The translations under genes were made by a program, and so were the position numbers. 64,000 nt of DNA. It comes from Octopus bimaculoides. Its lineage: Eukaryota. The notes under the pieces are model-generated. The model worked only from the letters and a program-made list of their open reading frames with translations, was not told the origin of the DNA and did no database searches. Of this stretch, positions 1 through 11,056 are shown piece by piece (the stretch's first letter is position 1; each line of letters begins with the position of its first letter). Where the stretch lies: NCBI RefSeq assembly GCF_001194135.2, contig NC_069003.1, positions 11,387,236-11,451,235 of the forward strand, written 5' to 3'.

Positions 1-696
1 AATACACATGCGGATTAACACATACTTTAAGAAATTATTATTTCTTATATTTAATTGTTTGTCATGATTTTATTTACTCCATGTACCCAGACTTTGCGGA
101 CACCGTATAGAATAATTACCAGGCTTAAGGAAGAAAATAAATTAAGTGCTAGGGTTGATTCATTTGACTAAAGTCCTTCAAGGTGGTGCTCAAGCATGGC
201 CACAGTCTAATGATTGAAACAAGTGAAAACTAAAAGATGTAAAAAAGAAAGCAGGTGGGAGACCCCGTCTGTGAGATTGTTCCTGTAGTCTTACACATTA
301 CATCCATAATCAGCTAGTCTTTTTTTTTTTTTTTTTCATATATATAATCGGCACAGATGTGGATGTACAGGTGAGAAGCTTGCTTCCTAACCATTTGATC
401 TTGGGTTCAGTCCCGTTGCACAACACCTTAGGAAAGTATATTCTACTAAAGCTCCAAATTGACCAAAAGCCTTGTAGGAGGATTTGGTAGACAGAAACTG
501 AAAAAATACATTTATGAGATGACCCAATATAAAGTAGTTGTATACTGTCAACTTAATGTGACAGTCCCATGAAGGGAATAATACTACTGCTATTTAGCCA
601 TAAGAAGCAGCACCGCTTCCTGTCAGCCTTGACACATTTCCTGTGTCTTTACGTTTACAAGGGAGAGACAAGTACCTCCACTTAGCTAAGACTGCA

Positions 697-739
697 TCCA
701 GAGACATGTTTCTGAGTCTTTGCTCATCATCTGTCTGGA
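697..739 (-). ncRNA. Minimal type I hammerhead motif (mirror copy, core lesion U4A)
   Basis: UCCAGA-CAGAUGA-UGAG caaaga CUCA-GAAA-CAUG-UC-UCUGGA: stem II is a perfect 4 bp, but the core has one substitution. Confidence 0.75.
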
Positions 740-842
740 GTAGCAATGGGCTGCCAGTTGGAGATGCCTTGTAAACATATAATAATTTTTTATATGTTTA
801 CAAGAGCTTGACAGGCATCTCCAACTAGCAGGCCATTGCTAC

Positions 843-885
843 TCCAGACTGATGACGAGCAAAGACTCAGAAACATGTCTCTGGA
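843..885 (+). ncRNA. Minimal type I hammerhead ribozyme motif
   Basis: UCCAGA-CUGAUGA-C GAG caaaga CUC A-GAAA-CAUG-UC-UCUGGA: 6-bp stem I, intact core, palindromic stem III (ACAUGU), GUC cleavage triplet; C.A mismatch at the base of stem II. Confidence 0.85.
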
Positions 886-1639
886 TGCAGGCTTAGCTAA
901 GTGGAAGTGCTTGTCTCCCCCTTGTAAACATAAGGACACATGAAATGTGTCATGGCCGACAGGAAGCAGTGCTGCTTCCTAGGGCTAAATAGCAGTAGTA
1001 TTATTCCCTTCATGGGACTGTCACATTAAGTTGACAGCATACAACTATTTTATCGCATCACTACTGCATAAATCTCTCTGAGAGATTTAGAAATGTGTGC
1101 GCGTGTGTGTATTGTGCTTGCTCCACACCATTGCTTGACAACTGGTGTTGGTCTGTTTACATTCCCATAACTAAAGCATTCTGCAAAATTGATGGACAGA
1201 ATAAGTACCAGGCTTCAAAAAAAATAAATACTGGAGAGTGGATTTGTTTGAGTAAAACCCTCGAAGGTAGTGCCCCAGCATGGCCACAGTCCAACCCCAG
1301 AAACAATTGAAAGGGAAGAGGTACTATATCAAGACTCATTATCCAATGTGACCTTCCTACATTTTTTTCTGAAAGCAACAGGAAACTAGGAATTAGCTGC
1401 TATGTCTGGTTGCTTTATTTTGTTCTGCTTCTTTAACCCCAGGTTGGCTCTGGCTGGACAGAACTATCATCAAACACATTCCAACCATGGCAATTGCAAA
1501 ATATTTTCTTGGAGTACACTAGGCAATATGTCCATTTTTTAAAGGTGGACGGATGTCACTTGAGATATATTTGGTTGGTATTTCTAGCAGCTGGAGCAAC
1601 CATATAGAGGTTCCTTAACTTGTCTAGGCATCCTTGTGT

Positions 1640-1831
1640 TGTTGGTGGTGATCATGGTAGTGGCAGGGGTGATAGTGGTGGTGGTAGTTGTTTTTGTATT
1701 GATGCGGTGGTGGTGATTTTGGTGGGGATGATGATAGTGATTTTGGTGGTGGCAGTGGTGGTAGTGGTGCTGGTGGTGATGGCTTTAGTCATAGTATGGT
1801 TTTGATGGTAGTAGCAGTCAGTGTTTTGTTG

Positions 1832-1863
<32 letters not shown>

Positions 1864-1989
1864 GGTAGTTCTTTTTGTATTGATGCTGTTGGTGTTTTGG
1901 TGGAGGTGGCAATGGTGGTAGTGGTGCTGGTGGTGATGGCTTTAGTAATGGTTTTGATGGTAGTAGCAGTAAGTGTTTTGGTGTTGCTG

Positions 1990-2021
<32 letters not shown>

Positions 2022-2118
2022 GGTGGTAGTGATGCTGATAAATAACTATACAAAGTAGCTCAAGTGACATCATCCGTTAGATACACAATGCCTTTTCACA
2101 AGTGTTGTTGTTGTTGCT

Positions 2119-2153
<35 letters not shown>

Positions 2154-2160
2154 TGTTTAT
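1640..2160. repeat. Low-complexity (GGT/GTT/GAT)n triplet region with an internal duplicated block
   Basis: Triplet arrays; TTTTTGTATTGATGC..TTTTGGTGG..GTAGTGGTGCTGGTGGTGATGGCTTTAGT occurs twice (about 1690 and 1872). Confidence 0.85.
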
Positions 2161-2288
2161 TGTCACACAAAGTTCAGAAAACTTCTCACAAATGTGTGAC
2201 TGAATAAAAGCAAGGGGTCCCAATTTTTTTGAATCTGTCAACCTTGACACAGATTTACAATGGACTAATACACACGCACGCACGCATG

Positions 2289-2330
<42 letters not shown>

Positions 2331-2889
2331 NNNNNNNNNNNNNNNNNNNNNNNNNNNNNNNNNNNNNNNNNNNNNNNNNNNNNNNNNNNNNNNNNNNNNN
2401 NNNNNNNNNNNNNNNNNNNNNNNNNNNNNNNNNNNNNNNNNNNNNNNNNNNNNNNNNNNNNNNNNNNNNNNNNNNNNNNNNNNNNNNNNNNNNNNNNNNN
2501 NNNNNNNNNNNNNNNNNNNNNNNNNNNNNNNNNNNNNNNNNNNNNNNNNNNNNNNNNNNNNNNNNNNNNNNNNNNNNNNNNNNNNNNNNNNNNNNNNNNN
2601 NNNNNNNNNNNNNNNNNNNNNNNNNNNNNNNNNNNNNNNNNNNNNNNNNNNNNNNNNNNNNNNNNNNNNNNNNNNNNNNNNNNNNNNNNNNNNNNNNNNN
2701 NNNNNNNNNNNNNNNNNNNNNNNNNNNNNNNNNNNNNNNNNNNNNNNNNNNNNNNNNNNNNNNNNNNNNNNNNNNNNNNNNNNNNNNNNNNNNNNNNNNN
2801 NNNNNNNNNNNNNNNNNNNNNNNNNNNNNNNNNNNNNNNNNNNNNNNNNNNNNNNNNNNNNNNNNNNNNNNNNNNNNNNNNNNNNNNNN

Positions 2890-3367
2890 GAACAAAGATG
2901 CAGTGTGTTTATTCGAAAATGGCTTGGTCTTCCAAAGTCTTTTCTTTTACCCAAAGCAAGGAACTTTTCAGCACTTCTCATATTATTTTATAGTTTTGAG
3001 AATTTGGTGATGCATTTGTTTATTTTTAAAATGACATTGTAGGGTAGATATGAGAGGTAGGGTCTGGCTAGTTTGAACATAAAACAGGTAGAATATTTAG
3101 GCCAGATGTGGCTGGTTTAAATGCAAAATAAAGAGATATCGCAATATATTAGCTGTGAAGATTCTTTCTCTACAGTAAGGATACCAAAAGACTTCTAGGC
3201 GTAGAAGATCTACAGTTGTCAAGTAACTTTGAGATTTTGACATGATTGTTTATTTTTAGAGTGACATTGTAAGGTGGATGTAAGAAAGCCTGATCCAGCC
3301 AGTTTGAACATAAAACAGGTAGAATATTTTAGGCCAGATATGGCTGGTTTAAATATTAAAGAGTTAA
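2890..3367. mobile_element. Two tandem decayed copies of the piggyBac-type MITE
   Basis: TTTGAACATAAAACAGGTAGAATATTT..GGCCAGAT.TGGCTGGTTTAAAT occurs twice; ends GAGTTAA. Confidence 0.7.
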
Positions 3368-4036
3368 TGTAAAGGATGTCTTTTGCTACGTAGATAAAGG
3401 TTGGAATGGAACGGTTCCAGTGATATTCTGGTCACCTTGAAGTAATGGTGTCTCCTCATATACAGGAACGTATTTAGAAGTTGTAAAGAAAATGTAATGT
3501 TGGGTGAAAAAGGCCAGGTATGAAAATGAAAACAAGTATTTCACATGCATTTTATGTCAGTTTTTTACATATTGACCTGGGTTGGATGGTTTCTCTGAGG
3601 CAATGTTCTATGGCTGGATGCCATTCCTGTTGCTAAAGCTTCTAGTTACTCCTTACAACATGCAGGGATGTAATGTGCCTGTTCTAAAACTGAGGTATGC
3701 ACACTAATTATGTGTGTGTGTGTTTGTTTGTTTGTTATGATCTTCCTTGAACATTTAAATTTATATTACGGTTCATCTCTGTGAAACTCATTAAAATATC
3801 TTTGAACATTTGATCGTTTAAACACGTTTTTTTTTCCAAATTTTACCTTGTAACTTTAAACTCTCCTAAAGCTTTTATTTATTTTTTATCTTTGATAAGC
3901 AAAAAATTTGTCAAAACCAGTTTGGTATTTGAATAAATCCAGCACAAAATTTAAAAACTACCTGTCTTGAAATTCAGGTGCATTGTCAAACCCCAAAACA
4001 ATTTCTCCTATGTTATCTATATAAATATTTTTTTTT

Positions 4037-4106
4037 TTTTTCAATTACAATAATAAAGGATTAAATTTTTTTTTAAATTTTATCCTTTATTATTGTAATT
4101 GAAAAA
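4037..4106. repeat. Near-perfect AT-rich hairpin
   Basis: TTTTTCAATTACAATAATAAAGGAT / ATCCTTTATTATTGTAATTGAAAAA are exact 25-bp reverse complements, extendable inward to a short T loop. Confidence 0.9.
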
Positions 4107-4499
4107 TTCCTATTCACTTCGGGACAACATACCTAACTAACTGCTATGACAACCAAATACACGTTGTTGAGGCAAGCTATGAAATTCATTGGAAGATATT
4201 TGGGGTACTTATATGTATCTGTGGCTTTGTGCTTTGCTTTCCTGTGGATATCTATAAATACTTCATTTATTTTCTATGTATATCCTGCTGAAGACAGAGG
4301 AGCCATTGAGCAGATCCAAAAATTAGCTAACACAGGGCTATCTATTTTATTAATAATTTCTGTTGGCTTGTTGCTTCGAATTCAACACATGTGTATGTGA
4401 CTTCTTGAGCGGTGAGATAATTTAGCATCTATTTCTCAGCATATAGGCTAGGATGGTTTCTTTCTATGCCCTTATACATTGTTGGCATCCTTTTGTCTC

Positions 4500-4860
4500 G
4501 GGAGACAATGGAGTTGCACATAAACTAATCCAGTCTGGTTTTTACATTTCAAGTCCTCTCCAGGTTTGCGCAGGCCTGGGCCAGATGTAAGAAAATCCTG
4601 GGTAGCCCAATCGTCAGGATTCCTCTCTCGACCTTGCTGACGTAGTCCAAAGGAGTGCAGAACATTACGTTTGGCACCAGCTTGGTTGCAGGAGCTGCCA
4701 GAAGAGTGTCGAGTCAAACACTAAACCGCCTACGGTGCTCCACTCTGGATTTCTTTGAAGGTTGTCTCCTTTCCATAACCCTGGATAGGGGCCTATATCA
4801 GGTACTGTCAGCCGGAGCCAGCTGAGCCTGGGACTCGTGTCAGGCAGGGTCGTCACTCCC
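4500..4860 (-). mobile_element. GC-richer interspersed repeat resembling an RTE 5' UTR
   Basis: TTGCTGACGTAGTCCAAAGG..TTTGGCACCAGCTTGGTTGCAGGAGCTGCCAGAAG..CTCCACTCTGGATTT. Assignment is from memory only. Confidence 0.35.
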
Positions 4861-5507
4861 TGAAGTAGTGAAGAAAATCACTACCCACTACTTATACATA
4901 CATACATACATACTAACATACATGCATTCACACATACAAATATTTATATACAGTGATACCTCACAGTACAAGTTTAATATGTTCTGTGACTGAGTTCGTT
5001 TTACTATTTACTCATTTTATAAATCAATCTTCCCTATTGAAATTAATCAAAATATAATTAATCCATTCCAGCCCCTCGAAACCACCCACAAATCAATTTT
5101 TATGGGTTTTAAAATAGAATAGGTGCAGTTACAAAGAAAATGACAATTATAAAAACATAATAAAAGAGAATGCAAAAGCAATATGCAAACTTGTTTTATT
5201 AATTTAATTACCTTAAAGATGGAACGATTTGTGTGCAAGGAAGATGATGGAGTGGGGAGGATGAACTTCATTAGCTTACAGCTGTTTCCACCAGAAGACA
5301 AGGTGAACTCATAGTTGAGTGCCTGGGTAGCACCTTACAATTTCATCAGAGTTTCTAACATGAAGTGCAATTTCACATCCTATAGTGGAAACAGCTGAAA
5401 GGCAATGGAAGTTCATAACAAAGTTCTTATTACTGCTCTGTACTTGGTTAATGCTTTGTTCAGAAGCATATGAATACATAGGTTATTAGAATCGTAATGC
5501 CCATGCA

Positions 5508-5539
<32 letters not shown>

Positions 5540-7097
5540 GTGTATACAGATATATATGTTTATGCATGCATGCATATATACACAAGCCTGGCTGTGTGGT
5601 AAGAGGCTTGCTACCCAGCCAATTGGTTCCAGGTTCAGTTCCACTGCGTGACATCAAGAGTAAGTGTCTTCTCCTTTAGCATTGGGCCAACCAAAGCCTG
5701 ACTTGTGAGTGGATTTGGTAGACAGAAACTGAAAGAAGCCCATTGTATGTGTGTATCATCATCATCATTTAACGTCTGCTTTCCATGCTAGCATGGGTTG
5801 GACGATTTGACTGGGGACTGGCGAACCAGATGGCTACACCAGACTCCAATCTGATCTGGCAGAGTTTCTACAGCTGGATGCCCTTCCTAATGCCAACCAC
5901 TCCGAGAGTGTAGTGTATTTATGTCACCCGTAACTTAGCAGTTCAACAAAGGAGTCTGATAGAATAAGTACTGGGGTTGATCCATTCGACTAAAAATTCA
6001 AGATGGTGCCCCAGCATGGTCACAGTCTAATAAATCACAGTAAATTTTTTTTTCGCTAGACCACTGGTAGTAAATAAAATTTNNNNNNNNNNNNNNNNNN
6101 NNNNNNNNNNNNNNNNNNNNNNNNNNNNNNNNNNNNNNNNNNNNNNNNNNNNNNNNNNNNNNNNNNNNNNNNNNNNNNNNNNNNNNNNNNNNNNNNNNNN
6201 NNNNNNNNNNNNNNNNNNNNNNNNNNNNNNNNNNNNNNNNNNNNNNNNNNNNNNNNNNNNNNNNNNNNNNNNNNNATATATATATATATACCTATTAGTG
6301 AAAATGGATACATTAGGTGCACAACAAATGTACCATTGATTGCAGCTCTAAATAGTATCCATGTAAAACTCCCCACTGCTGCATGACATACATATACAGA
6401 ATAATGATATATCTGTGTGTGTGTGTGTGTGTGTGTATAAGAGATCTATATTCACAAAGGAGTATATTCTAGTTGCTCAAGCGCCAACAACCAAACTCTG
6501 AAACAGATATCAAAGTAGGCAAGCTGTAGAGTAAATATCTCCAGCTATCTATCTGGAGGTGATGATGTGCCAGGAGAGTTGAAGTGAGAAGAGACAGACA
6601 CCAGCGTGAAATGAGGGTGAGAGGGGGGTGGAGGAATAATAGAACAGAGCAACATCTGTTGGTAGACGAGAGAGAGGAGGAGGAGAAAGAAGAAGTGACG
6701 CAGCAAATAGGAGCAGGGGATGAGGAGGAGGAGAAAAAGTGAAGGAGAAAATCTCAGAGTAAAGAGGAGGGAGGGAGGGAGAAAGAGGGGTGAGAGAAAC
6801 AAATGAAAGAAAATTAAGAGAGAGAGAGAGGTAGGAGGAAGAAGAGAAAGAGGAGGGGAAGAGGTGGAGGAGGAAAAAGAAGCAATAAGTATAATTATTT
6901 ATTTATTTATTTATTTATTTTAAAACTAAATTAATGAATTGCTAGGCATATAAAATAGAACAGCATGAATCATGTGTTTTAAAAGGAAATTTGCTGACAA
7001 TGTCACAGAGAGAGAGAGAGAGAGAGAAGCAGACAGAGACAGACAGACAGACAGACAGACAAAAAGACAGGAAGCTGAAGTTCACTTGCTGAAAAAT

Positions 7098-7327
7098 TTA
7101 ACCCTTTAGCATTCAGATAATTCTCACAAATGTAATCCTTATTTATTCATGTTGCTTTGAGTTAATCATGCATTATCTATTAGCTTTGAGATTTCAATGA
7201 TGTGATTGTTTATTTTTAGAATGGCGTTGCAGGGTAGGTGTGAGAGGGTAGATCTGGCTAGTTTGAACATAAAACAGGTAGAATTCTTTGGGCTAGATAT
7301 GGCTGTTTTAAAACGCTACCGGGTTAA
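7098..7327. mobile_element. piggyBac-type MITE of about 230 bp
   Basis: TTAA-CCCTTTAGCATT ... GGGTTAA ends. Related copies at 2890-3367 (two), 37493-37713, 54281-54510, 55683-55900 and 56039-56140. Confidence 0.75.
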
Positions 7328-7546
7328 TAAAAATATGAAGTTCACATATATNNNNNNNNNNNNNNNNNNNNNNNNNNNNNNNNNNNNNNNNNNNNNNNNN
7401 NNNNNNNNNNNNNNNNNNNNNNNNNNNNNNNNNNNNNNNNNNNNNNNNNNNNNNNNNNNNNNNNNNNNNNNNNNNNNNNNNNNNNNNNNNNNNNNNNNTA
7501 TATATTTCAGGATTATATAAGAAAGCAATGGAAAATATGACATACC

Positions 7547-7596
<50 letters not shown>

Positions 7597-8659
7597 TTGT
7601 AACATATGGTATAATTATAAACAGGGCATACATATACATATATATCATATATATATATATCATATATATATATATATATCATCATCATCATATATAATTC
7701 AAAAAAACGTGTAGAAAATAAACATATAAAACATATACCAAATACACAGTTGAACAGAAACCACAGACGGTCACCAACTCTTCTTCAGTTATCGGCCAGA
7801 GGATCAAGCACAATTTCAGCCATTATCGATAATATTGCTTCCACTCTGGAGGCACCAACCAGAAACTTGCAGGGAATCGGACCAAAATATAACAAAACAA
7901 CAAACAGAATAAAAGGCTTAGTTAGGGCCACACGAAGACAACAACTAAAATGATAATAATACATATACAGCAAAAAAAGCCTGAGGGCCGCAAGACAAGA
8001 CAAAAATGGGTAACGCGAAGGAGAAATGAAAAACTGTCCTAAAGGACTATAAACAGGGGAGGGGTAGAACAAGGAGCTCAGAAAATTGTGACCAGTCCAA
8101 AAAGAATGACACCACCTTAGGCCATCACGGATCATGTGATAGTGATTATATGTATAAAGTGTTTATCTTTTATCTTTTACTTTTTATTTGTTTCAGTTAC
8201 TAGACTGTGGCCATACTGGGGCACTGCCTTGAGGAATTTTAATTGAACTAATTGACCATAGTACTCATTTTCTTTATAAGCCTGGCACTTATTCTATCAG
8301 TCTCTTTTGCCAAACCACTAGGTTACAGGGACGTAAACAAACCAACACCGGTTGTCAAGTGATGGTAGAGGACACACACACACACATATATAGGTTCAGG
8401 CATGGTTGTGTGGTAAGAAGCTGAATTCTCAACCACATGGTTCCAGGTTCAGTCCCACTGTGTGGCACCCTGGACAGTTGTCTTCTACTATAGCCTCAGG
8501 CCAACCAAAGCCGTGAGAGTGGATTTGGTAAACAGAAACTGAAAGAAGCCCATCATATATATATATATTGATAGAAAAGGTAAGACAACAAAAGAAAGAA
8601 AGAGACCTTGACATTATGTAAATAGAGGAATTTATCTGTAAATAATATATGACAATTAT

Positions 8660-9830
8660 TCAGTAGCCCAGGTCTTCTTGGGTCTACCTCTTCCATAGGT
8701 TCCTTCTACTGCTAAGGTGTAACACTTTTTTACACAACTGTCCTCATCTATTCGCAACACATGACCATACCAGCGTAGTCGTCTCTCTTGCACACCTCAT
8801 CTGATGCTTCTTAAATCCAGCTTTTCTCTCTGGGTGCTTACACTCTGTTGTGTATGCACACTGACATTACACATCCAGCGGAGCATACTGGCTTCACTCC
8901 TTGCAAGCTTATGCATGTCCTCAGCAGTCATGGCCCATGTTTCACTACTATGTAGCATTGCTGTTCACACACATGTCATACAGTCTACCTTTTACTCTGA
9001 GCGAGAGGCCCTTTACATATATATATATATAGTGTGAGCGTGGCTGTTGCCAGTACTGCCTGACTGGCCTTCGTACCAGTGGCACGTAAAAGCACCCACC
9101 ACACTCTCAGAGTGGTTGGCGTTAGGAAGGGCATCCAGCTGTAGAAACTCTGCCAAATCAGATTGGAGCCTGGTGCAGCCATCCGGTTCACCAGTCCTCA
9201 GTCAAATCGTCCAACCCATGCTAGCATGGAAAGCGGACGTTAAACGATGATGATGATGATGACGATGTATAATATTAATACACAGTACATATGTATATAC
9301 ATGCTGTACATAACACACCCACACCCATGCATCAGCATGCGAAACCAATTTTCTATACCACCTGAGTAAAAAGGTGATTAACCTAACAGCCAGGGTCATT
9401 GTAACTAATACAGAACGCAGAAGGATATCACCTTTAAGCAAGTGAGAACAACTTCTCTCCTTCCTCTCCGTCACTGCTACCACTATCACCTTCACCACCA
9501 CCTTTATCTTCACAAACGAGGTCATGACTAATGTGTCATAATGTATAGATACTGGATAGCTTTTGAAACAAGTGACAACATGGTGACGATGCAAGACATC
9601 GTTGATCTTTAAAGCAGAATCACCATAACACTCTTGGAATGCTAGATATTGCTTGAAACATAGGATAGTTCATACTCTAAATAGAAGGTGTAAACAAGGG
9701 AGGCTTGAAATCACAGTGAATGTACCTAAATTCAGAATGTCACCAAGAGCAGTTGTTCTTATGGAAGGAGGATTGGTCCTCAAACAGCTGCGAAAGAAGG
9801 CAGACAAACTGCCTTGTTTGATATAAATTA
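8660..9830 (-). mobile_element. Decayed RTE LINE fragments interrupted by a plus-strand RTE tail (9035-9265)
   Basis: CCATACCAGCGTAGTCGTCTCTCTTGCAC is the reverse of a QERRLRWYG-encoding segment. Confidence 0.6.
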
Positions 9831-10048
9831 AGTTTGTTTGTTTTAAACATTTTTAAAGTTTGTCCAACCCCATGGCAGAGACAGAGGAATTATATGGATC
9901 TATGTGGATATATAGGTGTGACTATGTGATTAGAAGCTTGCTTCCCAACCATGTGATCTTGGATTGGTCCACTTGTCCATACAAGTCAGGCAAATGTCTT
10001 CTACTATAGCCCTGGGCTTACCTAAAATTTGTGAGTGGATTGGTAGAT

Positions 10049-10329
10049 GGCGTCGTGGTTAAGAGCGCGGGCTACTAACCCCAAGATTCAGAGTTTGATT
10101 CCAGGCAGTGACCAGAATAATAATAATAATAATAATAACAATAATAATAACATCGAAAAAAAAATACCTTAGGAATGAGAAGCCAGGTTCGAAATTTCCC
10201 CAAGACACCTGATGAAGGCTGGAGGATATATCAGCCGAAATGTTGTGTTAACAACAAACAAGATGAGGACAAATATCCATCAAATGTAAATAATGTACAT
10301 AATTCCTCATCTCTTAAATATAGAACTGT
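10049..10329 (+). mobile_element. tRNA-headed SINE-like element with an (AAT)n linker and an HHR-containing tail, inserted into a family-A SINE
   Basis: A-box-like GGCGTCGTGGTTAAG, B-box-like GTTTGATTCC, (AAT)n, HHR, then a GATGAGGA/TCCTCATC hairpin. The host SINE sequence stops at ...GGTAGATGG and resumes at TGAAAGAAACC; no TSD is visible. Confidence 0.8.
10204..10249 (+). ncRNA. Minimal type I hammerhead ribozyme motif with an extra nucleotide after A9
   Basis: GACAC-CUGAUGA-A-GGCUG gaggauauau CAGCC-GAAA-UG-UU-GUGUU: 5-bp stem I, 5-bp stem II. Stem III AUGU is probably a CpG-decayed ACGU palindrome. Confidence 0.75.
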
Positions 10330-10387
10330 ATGAAAGAAACCTGTTGTATATATGAAAAAGAATGAAAGGTTCTTCTTCAGTTAGAGG

Positions 10388-11056
10388 TTCATCAGATACT
10401 TCCCAGATATAGATGAAAAGCGTGAAGCTTGGAAATTCATCAGGAACCCATTTCAGTGTGAAGTGACTGATGTTTTGGATGAAGTGCAAGAGGAGTTTCT
10501 TGAGCTGATGTTCAACTCCCCAGCTAAGGAAGACTTCAAAGAACTGGATCTTGAAACATTCTGGATCAAGTACCTTCCTGTTTAACCTCTGACCTCACAT
10601 CAGGCTCTTTGGATTTTAGCTGTGTCTGGATCTACGTATCTTTGTGAAGCTGCATTTTCCACACTCGTTGCTGTCAAGACCAAGGACAGAAACAGGCTAA
10701 ATGTTGAAAGGAACTTACTCTCAGGCATTCAACCATGCATTCAAGATCTTGTAGCTAAGAAGCAGTATCAAGTATCTCAGTAATAAAGTGACTAATTCAT
10801 ATTCAATAAAAAAAAAACTTTTTTTTTGCCAAAAAGCAGTGTCAAGTGTCTCACATTCTGTATAATGTGATTATATATGAAATTATGGATGTTTTATATA
10901 ATGTGACTAATTCATGTTCAATAAAAAAATTAAGAACATATTTTAGATTTTATTTAAAATCTGGGAGGGAATTTTATTCATAGATGCAGAGGGAGGCGCG
11001 GAGAGAAGGACAAGTTCCTAGGGGAGGTGTGGTAGTGAAAAGATTAAGAACCAGTA
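10388..11056 (+). mobile_element. hAT (Charlie/Buster-type) transposase 3' remnant with probable right TIR
   Basis: 10388-10783 translates WKFIRNPF..ELDLETFWIKYLPV*..GSTYLCEAAFSTLVAVKTKDRNRLNVE..IQDLVAKKQYQVSQ* (hAT dimerisation domain, one internal stop). TTAAGAACCAG near 11044-11054 resembles a Charlie TIR. Confidence 0.85.

Larger units (their letters stand above)
529..1053. mobile_element. 525-bp foldback element, probably a Penelope-like pseudo-LTR duplicated head-to-head
   Basis: Arms 529-782 and 790-1053 are reverse complements (about 17 substitutions in about 234 bp by manual count, plus a 10-nt indel at 804-813), with a 7-nt loop. Each arm carries an HHR motif. Confidence 0.8.

Noticed and set aside
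1652-2053. Poly-Pro/Thr/Gln/His ORF, and poly-Met ORF 39566-39892
   Set aside because: Translations of triplet microsatellites with no splice or domain evidence.
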